Assembly: GCA_951406725.2 (NCBI GenBank)
Contig: OX597824.1
Location: 20,832,001-20,896,000 of the forward strand
DNA: 64,000 nt
Origin: Octopus vulgaris
Lineage: Eukaryota
Reading direction: 5' to 3'
Part shown: positions 48,967-63,018 of the stretch, piece after piece
Layout of the letters: the number at the start of each line of letters is the position of its first letter
Numbering within the stretch: position 1 is the first letter of the stretch
Made by a program: the position numbers and the translations under genes
The notes under the pieces: model-generated
What the model was told of the DNA's origin: nothing
Seen by the model: the letters and a program-made list of their open reading frames with translations, nothing else
Databases searched by the model: none

Positions 48967-49150
48967 CATCATCATCATTATCATCATCGTTGTCGTCATT
49001 GCCATTGTTGTCAGCAGCAGCATCGTCAGTGTCATCATTGTCATCACCACCACCACAACCACCACCACCATCATCATTGTCATCATCAACATCATTGTCG
49101 TCGTTATCGTTGTCGTCGCCGTCATCATCATCATCATCATCATTATCATC
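48967..49150. repeat. Degenerate (CAT/CAC/CGT)n trinucleotide tract, tail of a family D element
   Basis: Read directly; abuts the TTTCCATGCTGGCATG family D end. Confidence 0.9.
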
Positions 49151-49434
49151 AATCTGGTTTCCATGCTGGCATGAGTTGGACAGTCTCACAGGGTTTGACA
49201 ATTCAGAGGACTGTGCATTGCACTAGTGCCTGCTCCAACATGGTCTCTACAGCTAGATGCCCTTCCTAACACCCGGCACCAGCACTAGTGACAATCACCT
49301 CATAACTTGCAAAGCTAAGGCCCCTAAGTGATTCCTATAACTGGAGGGGGAACAAAAGAGCGAGTGGACAGTGATTCAAGGCAGAGAGATGGGGGAATGG
49401 TAGGAGGGGAAGCTGGGGAAGATAGGAAAAAGAG

Positions 49435-49705
49435 CACCTTCGAATGAGAGCATGTATCCCTGCCCAGTAAAATTCTGTAGACTGTTCTGTGCGCCACTTC
49501 TTCACTACAGATTTCACTTCCTCGTCAGTGGAACAATGTTTGCCTCTCAAACCCTCTTTCATGGCGCCAAAGAGATGATAGTCTGAAGGCGCTAAATCTG
49601 GTGAGTGTGGAGGTAGTGAAGAAGTGGCTCAGAGAACAGTCAACAGAATTTTACAGGGCAGGGATACATGCTCTCATTCGAAGGTGGAACATTGCTATTG
49701 AGAGA
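49435..49705. pseudogene. Mariner transposase C-terminal fragment (minus) with an adjacent inverted partial copy (plus)
   Basis: Minus: PDLAPSDYHLFGAMKEGLRGKHCSTDEEVKSVVKKW...FYWAGIHALIRR (YSPDLAPSD motif). Plus 49613-49705: VVKKWLREQSTEFYRAGIHALIRRWNIAIE. Confidence 0.85.
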
Positions 49706-49726
49706 ATATGTATATGTATGTATGTA

Positions 49727-50015
49727 TACAGGGTGCGATGGGTAGACTGTCACCATTTTATATTTCTAATTTCGTGCATGTGCATTGTTTGTTTTTGATT
49801 TTGCCAACCCCACAGTGTAGTAGGGTCAGTTGGGCACCCTCTATGAGAAAAACAGCACCATGATGCATTTCACTCTGCCAGAAATTTGGAAACAGCATGC
49901 TGTACTGCTTGGCATTCGCACCAAAGGCCCCAATATGAACATTTCAGAGTGTTTGGGTGTCCATCTGTGGACAGTGCAGAGGATTCGGAAAGAGTTGGAC
50001 GAGTCTAATGGTTGA
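49727..50015 (+). mobile_element. Tc1/mariner-superfamily left end with truncated HTH
   Basis: TA-CAGGGTG terminus; ...NISECLGVHLWTVQRIRKEL is HTH-like. Confidence 0.55.
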
Positions 50016-50809
50016 CCAGAGCTGGCCGGCTGGAGAGCTACACCCTGGGCGGCACTTTTATGGGGGAAGCACCACTTTGGGATTTGTTGTAGGCAACATG
50101 TATCTTTTCCAAGGACCCTTTTTTTGAGGATTCCAAGATTTCGAAATGATCTGCCAGACAAATGTTGATATCAACTCATGGACTCCCATCATTTAGTAGT
50201 TTCTTTGTAAACCTTAAGGATACAGATCCCAGTTTGAGAACCAGTGGCTTCTGTTGCTGGACCAAAAGGCTGGTTGAGATGTTTGGGTTCCCCAGGTGCG
50301 AAAGGATGTAGGAAGATCTCATGGGTAGAGAAGCCAGTTTTAATTGAGAATAGGCTGAGACTGTCAAGCTGAAAGGTCATGCAGAAGTGGCTAATACCTG
50401 TATTTCAGTAAAGGTCTGACTATCATGCCTTATCCCAGGAAATACCTGTCTAGATATCCTTTCACTTCTTGTGGAAGGGATAGGTGACTGTTGTCAGGAG
50501 ACTCACCGACTCTATGAGAGTCTTGGATTCCCAATTTTTAACAACGCACAGGTGTGTGCTGAAGCTGACACTCCAGCAGGGATTCCCGAACTAGGAAAGA
50601 CAGTGGATGCGTGTATTTGCCTTTGATGAAGCATGTTTTACCATACATCATCTCTTGGATGTTGTATGGTAAGTGTCCAATGCTGACCGGGGTTGGGAAT
50701 CTGGCATTTGGAATGTTACCAAGGACTCACTGCACTCAACCAACTGGACAATGTGGTCAATGGCATGTCAAGCCATGTATTTTATGGAAGGTTTGTGGTG
50801 GCTATGAGG

Positions 50810-50899
50810 GAAGAAGAAGAAGGAGGAGGAGGAGAAGAAGAAGAAGAAGAAGAAGAAAAAGAAGAAGAAGAAGAAGAAAAAGAAGAAGAAGAAGAAGAA
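50810..50899 (+). repeat. (GAA)n microsatellite
   Basis: Read directly. Confidence 0.95.
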
Positions 50900-52544
50900 T
50901 TATCTTTACATGTTTTTTTTTATTCCAAGTTTGACAACTGTGCTACTTGTAATCCAAGAATTATGTCCCTTACACAATAGAAATTCATAACTGGTACATC
51001 ATCATCATTTAGCGTCCGCTTCCCATGCTAGCATGGGTTGGACGGTTCAACTGGGGTCTGGGAAGCCAGAAGGCTGCACCAGGCCCAGTCTGATCTGGCA
51101 ATGTTTCTACAGCTGGATGCCCTTCCTAACGCCAAAGTCACAAATTTTAAAGGAGGGCACGCTAGTTTATGCTAACTCAGGAGAGTAACTGGTATGTTTT
51201 TTCCCCACTGAAATACCAAGTCAACCATGGCAAAATCTGAACTCAGAAATCAAAGGGACTTAATTAAATAAATACACGGTAATTTGTCCTTACCTTCCCT
51301 GTGTATTCCCCAAACAGTAGAGGTATAGTAGTTTCAAATTTTGGTACAAGGCCAGCATTTTCGGGAGGTGTGGGAAAGTCGATTGCATTGACCCCGATGT
51401 TCAACTGGTAATTATTTTATCGAATTCGAAAGTATGAAAGGTAAAGTCAACCTTGGCAGAATTTGAACTCAAAACAGATGAAATGCCGCCAAGCATTTTG
51501 CCTGGCATGCGAAGAATTCTGCCAGATCACCACCAAAGTTTAAATGAGGAATTATTAACTATTTTTAGTTTGAATTTTACTAGTCTTAATCATCATCATC
51601 ATCATCATCATCACTTAACGTCCGTTTTCCATGCTAGCAGTCTGATCTGGCAGTGTTTCTACAGCTGGATGCCCTTCCTAACGCCAACCACTCCGTGAGT
51701 GTAGTGGGTGCTTTTAATGTGCCACCGGCACAGGGGCCAGAGGAGGCTGGCAAACGGCCATGATCGGTTGGTACTTTTTACATGTCACCGACACAGACGC
51801 CAGTCAGGTGGTGCTGGCATTGGCCACGTTCGGATGGTGCATTTTACATGCCACCGATATCCTTTCTATTATAGGCACAAAGCCTAAAATTTCTGGGGAG
51901 GCGGCCAGTCGATTAGATTGAAACCCAGTACACAACAGGTACTTAATTTATTGACCTCAAAAGGATGAAAGGCAAAGTTGACCTCAGCCGAATTTGAACT
52001 CAGAACATTGTGACAGGCGAAATACCGCTAAGCATTTTGCCTGATGTGCTAACCATTCTGCCAGCGCCTTTACTACTCTAAATATCAAAAAGTATAAAGA
52101 AATATAAAGTATGAAAAAATGAAATTTCTAGTCTTAAGTTTACTTTATAAAATAAGATGGAAATTAATCATTTTGTTTCCACAAATTCTAAAGCCATTTT
52201 ACATTTTGTTTCTAAATTTATGGACAAGACCCAGCAAGCCAAGTGAGATCATAACCGTGGCCTATGCCAGTGCAGCATAACCGTCCCGTTTAAGAATACC
52301 CTTCGGTCATTGGGCAATCAACTGCACTTGCAAAGACCTGTTCCTCAAATCGCATCCTATCATCCTAAAGCAGAAGGACAGGTTGAGTAATGCAGTTTTG
52401 AGTAGGCACAATGAAAAAAATGAAAAAGAAAACTTTAAAAAATGGATGATGATGACAGAAATGCCTTTGATCATGGTCAGTTCAACCAGTATTTGCCTAG
52501 GGCTAAACAACAACAACAACAAAAATTATATAATATATAATTAT

Positions 52545-53270
52545 ATGTGTGTGTGTGTGTGTGTGTGTATATTTAGCAGGAAAGAGAAAAAGACGTATAC
52601 ACATACAGACATGCATACACAAATATGCATGTGCACACACACAATGTATGCACATGTGCAGACACACACGCACGCAACATATGCACTCACACACATACAT
52701 GCATGCACTCACACACGCACACACATGCACATACGCACCCACACACATGCAACACACACACACACGTACACACATCCAAGCATGCATGTACATGCACACA
52801 CATGCAACACACACACACTCACATGCATGCATGCACTCACACATGCACACGCACACACAGGCACATGCAATACACACATGCACACAGATATGCATGCACT
52901 ACCACACACACATGCACACATACCTACATGTGTACATGCATGCAACACACACATGCACATACATATGCATGCACTCACACATGCACACACACACACATGC
53001 ACACACACACGCACACACATTATGAATGAGAGATACCAGGACCTCCCCTGCCTGCCCAATCCTTGAAATGAAATAAAAGCTGTGACCAGATCAATGAAGG
53101 GTCAATACTTGCATACCTTAGAAATAAGCACACACATACACACAAGGGAAAAAACACACAGAAACTTACAAGTTCACACACACTGACACACACACACACG
53201 CAATCACACACATACACTTATACATACAATGGCACAAAAATCTGAAAGCGCACACACACACACACATACA
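52545..53270. repeat. Degenerate (CA)n/(CATG)n microsatellite region
   Basis: Read directly. Confidence 0.9.
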
Positions 53271-53866
53271 TATTGTGTTTTAAATGACAAGGGGGGGGGT
53301 TCTAACAAAAGTAGAAAAGCGAGCAAGAACAGCTGGGAAGATTCGAGCTTATTAACTGTTTATTATTACTGGTTGTTGTATTTGTGTAGTGTTACTTAAC
53401 CACTACCATTGTCTCCCTAACCAAATACTCTCTCTCTCTCTGTACATGCATATATATATACATATGGCCTAGTGGTTAGGGCAGCGGACTCGCGGTTGTA
53501 GGATCGCGGTTTCGATTCCCAGACCAGGCGTTGTGAGTATTTATTGAGCGAAAACACCTAAAAGCTTCACGAGGCTCCGGCAGGGGGTGGTGATCCCTGC
53601 TGTACTCTTTCACCACTCTTTCTCCCACTCTTTCTTCTGTTGGCCTGCTCGCTTAGCTAGCGGGGTGGCGTCATTCGAAGGCTAAAAACAATACGAAGCG
53701 CATTGTGACCAGCGATGTGTAACTACATCTGATGGACTGGTCGGTCACGTGATGGTGATGGTGATATTATATATATATAATATATACACACGCACACATG
53801 TATGTATGTATGTGTGTGTGTATATATATATATACACATACATACATACATATATGTACATATATA

Positions 53867-53938
<72 letters not shown>

Positions 53939-54177
53939 TACATATGCATAGGGAGAGTATGTTAGTATATGTATGTATATGTATATATCCTCCTCCTCCT
54001 CATCATCATCCTCATCATCGCCATTTAACATCTGCTTTCCATGCTGGCAAGGGTAAGATGGTTTGACAAGGGACCAGCAAGCTGCAGGCCTGTGTTGAGT
54101 TACAATATGTGTCTGTGTACGTGTGTGTGAGTTACAGTGCATATGCATGTATGTATGTATGTATGTATGTATGTATG

Positions 54178-54840
54178 TGTGGAGTGGAGTGAAAGTGTTT
54201 GAAGAGACCAGGATAACACATGCAAGACTCAGAGAGTTAAAGGAGAATGTCACAATGACCTCTTTGTGTGCACATTTTGTGACAGACCATGTCTTTCTTT
54301 TGCTGGGCTCAAATCTCATTTGTGGACCCATGAAAAATGAACCTCCACCAATTATTCTGTGCAAACCTGTCAATGTAATGAATGCCATAAGGTCTGCAAA
54401 TCAAATGGAGGCCTCAAAAGATATATTTAAGATCCACAAAGATCAGAACTTAACTGCAGCTCTTGGTGGTCCAAATCGGATATGTAATCCATGTGGGCGT
54501 CTTTTCTGAACATTGTCTGGTCCTTTCGTTACCATATTTATTTTGAGATGCTCTGAGTTTCTTTCAATTAATTTTGAATATAACAAAGAATTTAGTAAAA
54601 TAACTTAGTTATCATTCAGCTTGTGTTTGGTACATAAAATGTGATTAAGGTTTGGTGGAAGATTTTAATTCAAAACTTATGAAAACAAGACATTTGTACG
54701 ACAGAGCCACAGCCGATTTCAGCCGGGTTGGTAACGAAAGGGTTAAAAAGCCACACCAGACGCCATGGTTGATCTAAGGTGTAGGTACAAGAGGTGTCAG
54801 GCTCTGCATGAGGAGTAGACAACCATCGTATATGTATGTG
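54178..54840 (+). mobile_element. RTE-clade LINE 3' end encoding three C2H2 zinc fingers (decayed), split by a piggyBac MITE
   Basis: VWSGVKVFEETRITHARL (RTE pre-finger region), then FVCTFCDRPCLSFAGLKSHLWTH, CQCNECHKVCKSNGGLKRY..IH, and ICNPCGRLF*TLSG[MITE]LKSHTRRH*. Confidence 0.75.
54522..54746. mobile_element. piggyBac-type MITE
   Basis: CCTTTCGTTACC ... GGTAACGAAAGGG-TTAA; left TTAA missing. Confidence 0.8.
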
Positions 54841-55601
54841 TATCATCATCATTTTAATGCCTACATCTCCATGCTTGCATGGGCTGGACTACTTGAATGG
54901 CATAGACTTCCCACATGAGTATAAGTGCATGTGTAGTTGTGTGTGTGTGTGTGTGTGTTTGTGTGTGTTTGTGTGTGTGTGTCATGTGTGTGAGTGATGT
55001 GTGTGAGAGAGAGAGAGAGAGTGTGTTTTTATGTTTGTGTGTGTGTGTGTGCATGTGTGTGTGTCTGTGTACATGCACATGTATGTGTGTATATGTGTGT
55101 CTGTATGTGTGTTTGTAAGTGTGTATATGCGTGTATGAGTATTTGTGTGAGTGTTTGTAAGTGTGTATGTGAGAGAGAGTGTTTGTGTCTGAGTGTGTGC
55201 ACATGTATGTCGGCATGTGTATGTGTGTGTGTGAGTGTGTCTGTGTCTGTGTACGAAACAATAAAAATCTCTTGACAATAAAACCAGTCACTATTGTCAA
55301 CAGAAAGTATCCAGTACATTGCTGATGTCATGGGAAAAGCTGTCTTGTTATATAGAAATCACAATTTATGGAATCATCAAAGTGCTTTGTAAAAACTCAA
55401 CAGAATATTCCTTTAATAAAATGGTAACGAACTCAAAGTTAAAACAAACAAAATAATGCTAACGCTCAAACACATCAATCCGGGTGGTGGTAATCTATTT
55501 TACACATTAAAAGGCAAGTTGTCTATCTGTCTGTGTATGTGTTGTGTGAACCACTTCTACTATTATTATTATACTCTATTATTATTATTATTATTATACT
55601 C

Positions 55602-55641
<40 letters not shown>

Positions 55642-55782
55642 CTCTGACAATTTTCAACCGAATTTCACCAAATTTGACGTGTGTGCTCCCTGTTTTTGTT
55701 TTAATTCAATATTCTAAAAGCTATTATTTATAGCTTTATATACACCATTTCACTGTTTTATAAATAAAAAAAGATTTATTAA

Positions 55783-56588
55783 ATACATACATACATACAT
55801 ACACACATACACACATACATACAAACATACATACATACATACATACATACATACATACATACATACATACATAAATACATACATACATACATACATACAT
55901 ACATACATACATACATAAATACATACATACACACATACATACACACATACATACATACATACATACATACATACATACATACATACATACATACATACAT
56001 ACACACACACATACACACACATACATACATACACACATACATACATACATACATACATACACACATACATACACACATACACACACACATACACACACAC
56101 ATACACACACATACATACATACATACATACATACATACACACACACATACATACATACATACATACATACATACATACATACATACATACATACATACAT
56201 ACATACATACACACATACATACATACACACATACATACGTACATACATACATACATACATACATACACACATACATACACACATACATACGTACATACAT
56301 ACATACATACATACATACACACACACATACATACATACATACACACACACATACATACATACATACCTACATACATACACACATACATACATACATACAT
56401 ACATGCGTATATACATATATACATACATACATACACACATACATACACACATACATACATACGTACATACATACATACATACATACAAACATACATACAT
56501 ACATATATACATACATACATACATATATACATACATACATACATACATACATACATACATACATACATACATACATACATACATACAT
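55783..56588. repeat. ~800-bp (CATA)n microsatellite
   Basis: Read directly. Confidence 0.97.
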
Positions 56589-57299
56589 CTGTGTGTGTGT
56601 ACGTACAGGTGTCTGTTCTTATACACTGGCGACCTGGACATGGCCCATGCTGATTTGTGTGAACCAGTCATTAAAATCTGTTTTGAAAAATGAGAAATGG
56701 TTAACTTTTTTACTGCATTCTGAAGTGGGAGACTGACTTGGAAAAGTTATGATACCATTAATGCCACAAGATCGAATCACTTTGCTTATTCATTCAACCA
56801 TTTAATGTTTTGCAGTGAATGTCAATTCATGTGTTTGACATTGAGGAACTGATTAGATCGCCTTAGTCTCGTATTGTTGAGGACATGACAACCCCTCTAC
56901 TGCTGGTGCCACAATAAAATGCAGTCATTAGATTTAGCGAAGAGGTTGCTGATAGGAATGGCTTCCAACTGCAGAAACCAAGACAGAAATGAAGGCATAT
57001 GTAAGATAGGGACCTTTCAACCCTTCTATGAAAGCATTGATTTGGACTGTGAAAAACTGTCCAACCCATGTCAATATGGAAGGAGGACATAAAATGGTGA
57101 TGAGGAGGAAAGAAGTTAGTGATAAGTTTTGCATAGACCTATGGCTATTTGATTAAGAAGTCCAATTTATAACCATGTAGTTTCGGCTTTAGTCTAGCTA
57201 TATTCCACATTGGCTTACTGTCTTCTATTAAAGCTTTGGCTTGACCAATGCCTTGTGAGATGAAATTTGGTGAATGAAAACTGTGTGGAAGCCCCTTGT

Positions 57300-57373
57300 A
57301 TTTATCTATCTATCTGTCTGTCAGTATGTCTGTTTGTCTCCCTGCTTGCCTACCTGCCAATGTGTCTTTCTGT

Positions 57374-57433
<60 letters not shown>

Positions 57434-57481
57434 TCATCCATCCATCTATCGATAGATAGATAGATAGAGAGACAGATAGAC

Positions 57482-57512
<31 letters not shown>

Positions 57513-57565
57513 TAGACAGACAGGCAGACAGACAGACAGACAGACAGATAAATAGATAGATAGAC

Positions 57566-57604
<39 letters not shown>

Positions 57605-57620
57605 CAGGTAGATGGATAGA
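57300..57620. repeat. (TCTA)n followed by (GATA/GACA)n microsatellites
   Basis: Read directly; complementary tracts meet at ATCGAT near 57450. Confidence 0.92.
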
Positions 57621-57909
57621 TTTGCATATATGTATATGTATGTTTGTGTGTATGTATATATGTGTATGCATCATGTGTGTGTATGTGTGTCTGTGCATGT
57701 GTTTGTCTTTGTTTGTCCTTACATTGACACTCCTGGAGCAGTGTTGAAGTTTGTTTATTCCTCCTCATAAACACAACTGTCCCATTCGGTGGGTCAATGT
57801 ATGAAGATCATTCGAATAAAATTATTTGAAAACAAGTAAAGGCATTTGGCCATGAGGCTATAGCATGCAGGAGTCTGGTTCAATTCATGAAAAATAAAGC
57901 CCATTAAAA

Positions 57910-57956
<47 letters not shown>

Positions 57957-58379
57957 ATATGTTTGTGGGTATTTGTATATGTGTACGTGTATGTGTATCT
58001 GTGTGTGTGTGTGTGAATATATGCATATGTTACTGTGTATCTTCAGGTGTGTGTGTGTGTGTGTGTGCCTTGTTGTGTATGGATACAATTGATATGTTTA
58101 TAATGAATTCTCCCCTCCTGCCCCTACCACACTTCCTGCCACTTTACCCCTACCTCTTCCCCGCCTACTCTCGCACTGCCCTAACTGGTCATTATGACTG
58201 TATCTCAAGCCATGTCTGCTTGAGTAACGCATCACTCCAGCATCCTGTCCAATTTTCTGACCCTCACCCCTGACCCTTCGCTATTCGTCTCACCTCTTTC
58301 GTTGCTCACCCCTGTCACATTACCTGCTCTTGTCTGGCCATCCATCTCTTCACCAAATGAATCTCACAACATCGGTTTC

Positions 58380-58880
58380 CACTCCACTCCATGAGGCCCA
58401 ACACTCAAAAGAAACTCAGCCACTTTGCCTCTCTAAGGCCCAATACTCAAAAGGAACTCAGCCATTTTGCTCCCGTGAAGCCCAATGCTTGAAAGGAGGC
58501 AAAGTGGCTGAGTTTCTTTTGAATGTTGGGCCTTAGAGAGGCAAAGTGGCAGAGTTCCTTTCAAGCATTGGGCCTCATGGAGGCAAAATGGCCAGGTTCC
58601 TTTTGAGCATTGAGCCTCAAGGAGTCAAGGTGACTGAGTTCCTATTGAGCATTGAGCCTCAAGGAGTCAAGGTGACTGAGTTCCTTTTGAGCATTGGACC
58701 TTACAGAGGCAAAGTGGCCGAGTTCCCTTTGAGCATTGGGCCTCACAGAGGCAAAGTGGCCGAGTTCCTTTCAAATGTTGGACCTTACGGAGGCAAAGTG
58801 GCTGAGTTCCTTTTGAGAGTTGGACCTCACAGAAGCAAAGTGGCCAAGTTCCTTTCAAGTATTGGGGCTCACAGAGGCAA
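58380..58880. repeat. 42-bp minisatellite (GAGGCAAAGTGGCTGAGTTCCTTTTGAGCATTGGGCCTCACA) with an orientation switch at ~58495
   Basis: About 9 forward units preceded by about 2.5 reverse-complement units. Confidence 0.9.
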
Positions 58881-59400
58881 TGATCAAGACCTTTGGCATT
58901 ATGTTGTGCTTGAGAAAAAGACCCATGAAGCTGAGTAAAATCGCAGTCATGGCAGATACCAGTCTCATGCAAATTGGCACCTGTGCTGGTGACACGTAAA
59001 TGTACCCTGCCACCATGCAGATGGCACTTGTGCCAGTGACATGTAAAAGCATCCATTACACTTTTGGCTGGCGTTTGGAAGGGCATCCAGCTGTAGAAAA
59101 CCATGCCAAATCAGACTGGAGCCCGGTGCAGCCTTCCAGCATGCCAACCCAGTCAAACTGTCCAACCCATGCCAATATGGACAACAGATGGTAAATGATG
59201 ATGGTGATGATGTTGATGATTTATTAAAATGCATGATTTGACCAAACCTGTATATTGTAATTAGATCAGCATAATGAAAATGTCTTAAAAGCATGAATGA
59301 AAAATAACCAAAGTGACACAATTAGAAGTTAATATCATAGTTTTAATGTTTGCTAGTGAAGAAACATCTAGAAGATAGTGTGACTAAATAAGCACAGCAT

Positions 59401-59628
59401 TAGAGAGGGAGAGGGGGGAGAGACAGACAGACAGAGGGAGAGAGAGAGACAGACAGACAGAGGGAGAGAGAGGGAAACAGAGACAGAGAGACAGAGAGAG
59501 AGAGAGGGAGAAAGACAGAGAGGGGAGAGAGTGAGAGAGAGACAGAGAGAGAGAGACAGAGAGAAGGAGAAAGACAGAGAGAGAAAGAAAGAGAGAGAAA
59601 GAGAGAGACAGAGAAAGAGAGAGAGAGG
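59401..59628 (+). repeat. (GA)n-rich polypurine tract
   Basis: Read directly. Confidence 0.92.
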
Positions 59629-60138
59629 TGGGGGTGATCTGAGTGTTAAATGGTTTGTGGGAATTCTGAGTATACACAATATTTTCTCGATAAATAAATA
59701 AAAATATTATTATTGATTGCTTTATCATAAAAAGCCAGAAAACCTGACTGTTCTCATTGTGTGAATAAGTTACAAGTGGGAATCTTCAAAATAAAAGTGC
59801 TTTCATATTTCCTCTCAACAGCAAAAATACAACAAAATTCAGTAAAAAAAAAAGAACTTTAGAAAGCTTTATTGGAGAGAGGCAGGAAAAAAAAATTGGT
59901 AAATTCTCAAACAAATGTGAATATACTGAATGAATTTTAAAAAAATCAAAACTCTTAATAAGAGATTTTGATAAAATTAGATACGGGTGGTATGTATTTG
60001 AGAAATTTACTTCTCAACCATGTGGAGCTGGGTTCAGTTCCAGCGTGTGGCATCTTGGCAACTGTTTTTTACTGTAGCTTTGGGCCAGCCAACACCTTGT
60101 CAGCTGATATGATAGAGAGAAACTGAAAGAAACTTCAA

Positions 60139-60139
<1 letters not shown>

Positions 60140-60172
<33 letters not shown>

Positions 60173-60255
60173 ATTGTGTGTGTATATATATATAAAAATA
60201 AATACATAAATATACATATACATATATATATACATATATATATATATATCTATAT

Positions 60256-60297
<42 letters not shown>

Positions 60298-60325
60298 ATA
60301 TATATATACATATATATATATATGA

Positions 60326-60385
<60 letters not shown>

Positions 60386-60730
60386 GATGATATATATATA
60401 TACACATAGGCACAGGAGTAGCTATGTGGTAAGTAGCTTTCTTACCAACCACATGGTTTCGGGTTCAGTCCCACTGTGTGGCACATTCGGCAAATGATGA
60501 TGATGATGACGACAACTATGATGATGACAACGATGATGTTGATGATGATGATGATGATGATAATGATATGATAACCACGACGATGTTGATGATGTTGATA
60601 ACGACAAGGATGATGATTACTACAACATTGATGACGATAACAATGATGATGATGATGATGATGATAATGATGATGACGACGAGGATGATGATGATGAGAG
60701 TGATAACGATGACAATGATAACGATGATCC
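60140..60730. repeat. (TG)n, (TA)n and (GAT)n microsatellites around family B SINE fragments
   Basis: Read directly. Confidence 0.9.
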
Positions 60731-61584
60731 AAGCAGGAAGGTGCATGAATAAGTAGGCTTATGTGTACGTGGTGTCAGTGAATGTACACATTTTCTTAGA
60801 CACAGATTAAAACTGCCACCTCATTTAGCAGAGTTTAATATAATTAGCTTATTAAATTATCATTCACAGATGAAACAATATTGTTCTTTATCCAGGACAA
60901 AGATCCATTGAATTATTTACCAAAAGAAATCAGGACTCTCTAAAACACTTCAATTGATGGACTTCAATCAAAAGTTCAGCTGTTAAACTATTGAAGTATT
61001 ATATTTCACAACCAATCTTGAGATATTCTTTCTCTTAGCCTTTGAAGATTCTGAGAAAAACCAGAGAAGAATAGCTTTGCAGCTTGAGAAAATATATTGC
61101 ATTTGTTTTTATATATAAGATACATATTTTCCATTTTGGTTTATCAGAGAATTATTAAAAAGAAAAGAAAAACCTCCAAAAACGAAAACTGTATTTGTGC
61201 TTGAGTAGAGGATAAATCTTTCAATCTGTCTTTGCTTCTGGCAATACGATACTCAGGTTTTGCAGAAGAAGAGATCTAATTCAGAAAAACTCAGTCAAAT
61301 TTGCTAATAAATCAAAAAAACAGTTCATCTTAGTTTCTGATACTAATCTCCCATAACAGTCTCTTTTGATGAAATTCGATAGTCTTATTTTTGCAAAGAT
61401 TGTGTAGGAATGACCACTTTTCTCTTTTATATCCAAATGAAGATTCATTATGCTTGAAATTATACAATTTACATATGTCTGAATAATGCAACATTGCAAC
61501 TTAATTAATTTGGTCGGGCTCCCAATTAGGCCTTGTCATTTTGATCTTTCATTAGCTTTTTGATCTTTCATTGACAGGGGTTAC

Positions 61585-61793
61585 TCTTTTAGTCTTTTAC
61601 TTGTTTCAGTCATTTGACTGTGGCCATGCTGGAGCACTGCCTTTAGTCGAGCAAATCGACCCCAGGACTTATTCTTTGTAAGCCTAGTACTTATTCTATC
61701 GGTCTCTTTTGCCAAACCGCTAAGTTACGGAGACGTAAACACACCAGCATCGGTTGTCAAGCGATGTTGAGGGGGACAAACACAGACACACAA

Positions 61794-61826
<33 letters not shown>

Positions 61827-61930
61827 CATATATACGATGGGCTTCTTTCAGTTTCCATCAACCAAATCCACTCACAAGGCTTTGGTAGGCCCGAGGCTAT
61901 AGTAGAAGACACTTGCCCAAGGTGCCATGC
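61585..61930 (-). mobile_element. Family B SINE (5' truncated)
   Basis: Reverse complement of the body and tail of 22059-22480. Confidence 0.88.
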
Positions 61931-62610
61931 CGTGGCACCTTGGGCAAGTGTCCAACAATCACCTGCATGTGGGTAACGAAAGGAAGAAAAATGAATGGGT
62001 TGCATACACTCCATGCAGATTATGGTTTCTTGGTAATTGCCGCATGTCCCCATGTAGCAGTCTAGAAAACAACGATGCAGTGGATAATGTAGAGATCCAT
62101 GATATAAGTTTGTTTGAAGCTTGCATCAGCTACATACCAGTTCCCACAGCATCAAGCCAGGATTTTTATTATTGAGGTTTACTCTTCTCAGTAAGCTTAA
62201 TGTAACCCAGTAAGGGCAACGTGTTTGATCAGAGGCTGCTTATTTTAAGTATAATTGCAGCTAATCCCCATAAATGAGGATCATTCCCCTCTCTGTAACC
62301 ATCACATTATTCTTGACCACTTCTGGTAATACGTAACCCTGTACAACCTGTTGCATGATCAGTTTATGAGTGACTAGACTGGTAATCCCACCGAGCTTAC
62401 TTGCTTGGTGAAGGGGGTGATTCTTGGACCCCCTACTGGACAAAAAACAAAACCCATCGTAGCAAATTTAAGATACTTGATTGTGCTTTTATTCTTTCAC
62501 TGGTTTCAATCGTTAGACTGTAGATATGCTGTGGTTCTCCCTTGACTTAGAGGGGTTTGTTAGTCACATCAATCATGATATTTATTTCAGTGTGGTACTT
62601 GTTAAACTAA

Positions 62611-63018
62611 GGTGGTGAGCTGGCAGAAACGTTAGCAGGCCGGGCGAAATGCTTTGCAGTATTTCGTCTGTTGTTCTGAGTTCAAATTCCGCCGAGATCG
62701 ACTTTGCCTTTCATCCTTTTGGGGTCGATAAATTAAGTACCAGTTAAACACTGGGGTCGATGTAATCGACTTAATACCTATGTCTGTCCTTGTTTGTCCC
62801 CTCTGTTTAGCCCCTTGTGGGTAATAAAGAAATAGGTATTTCATCTGCCGCTACATTCTGAGTTCAAATTCTGCCGAGGTCAACTTTGCCTTTCATCCTT
62901 TTGTGGTAGATAAATTAAGTACCAGTTACGCAGTGGGGTCGATGTAATCAGCTTAATCCCTTTGTCTGTCCTTGTTTGTCCCCTCTGTGTGTAGCCCCTT
63001 GTGGGCAATAAAGAAATG
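62611..63018 (+). mobile_element. Tandem dimer of family A SINE
   Basis: Full unit plus a 5'-truncated unit joined at AAAGAAATAGGTATTT. Confidence 0.88.

Noticed and set aside
50020-50800. Higher-GC stretch resembling a decayed retroelement
   Set aside because: No diagnostic motif recovered by hand translation; left unassigned.
47458-60756. His/Thr, Met/Tyr/Val/Cys, poly-Asp and poly-Glu ORFs
   Set aside because: All derive from (CA)n, (CATA)n, (GAT)n or (GAA)n microsatellites.
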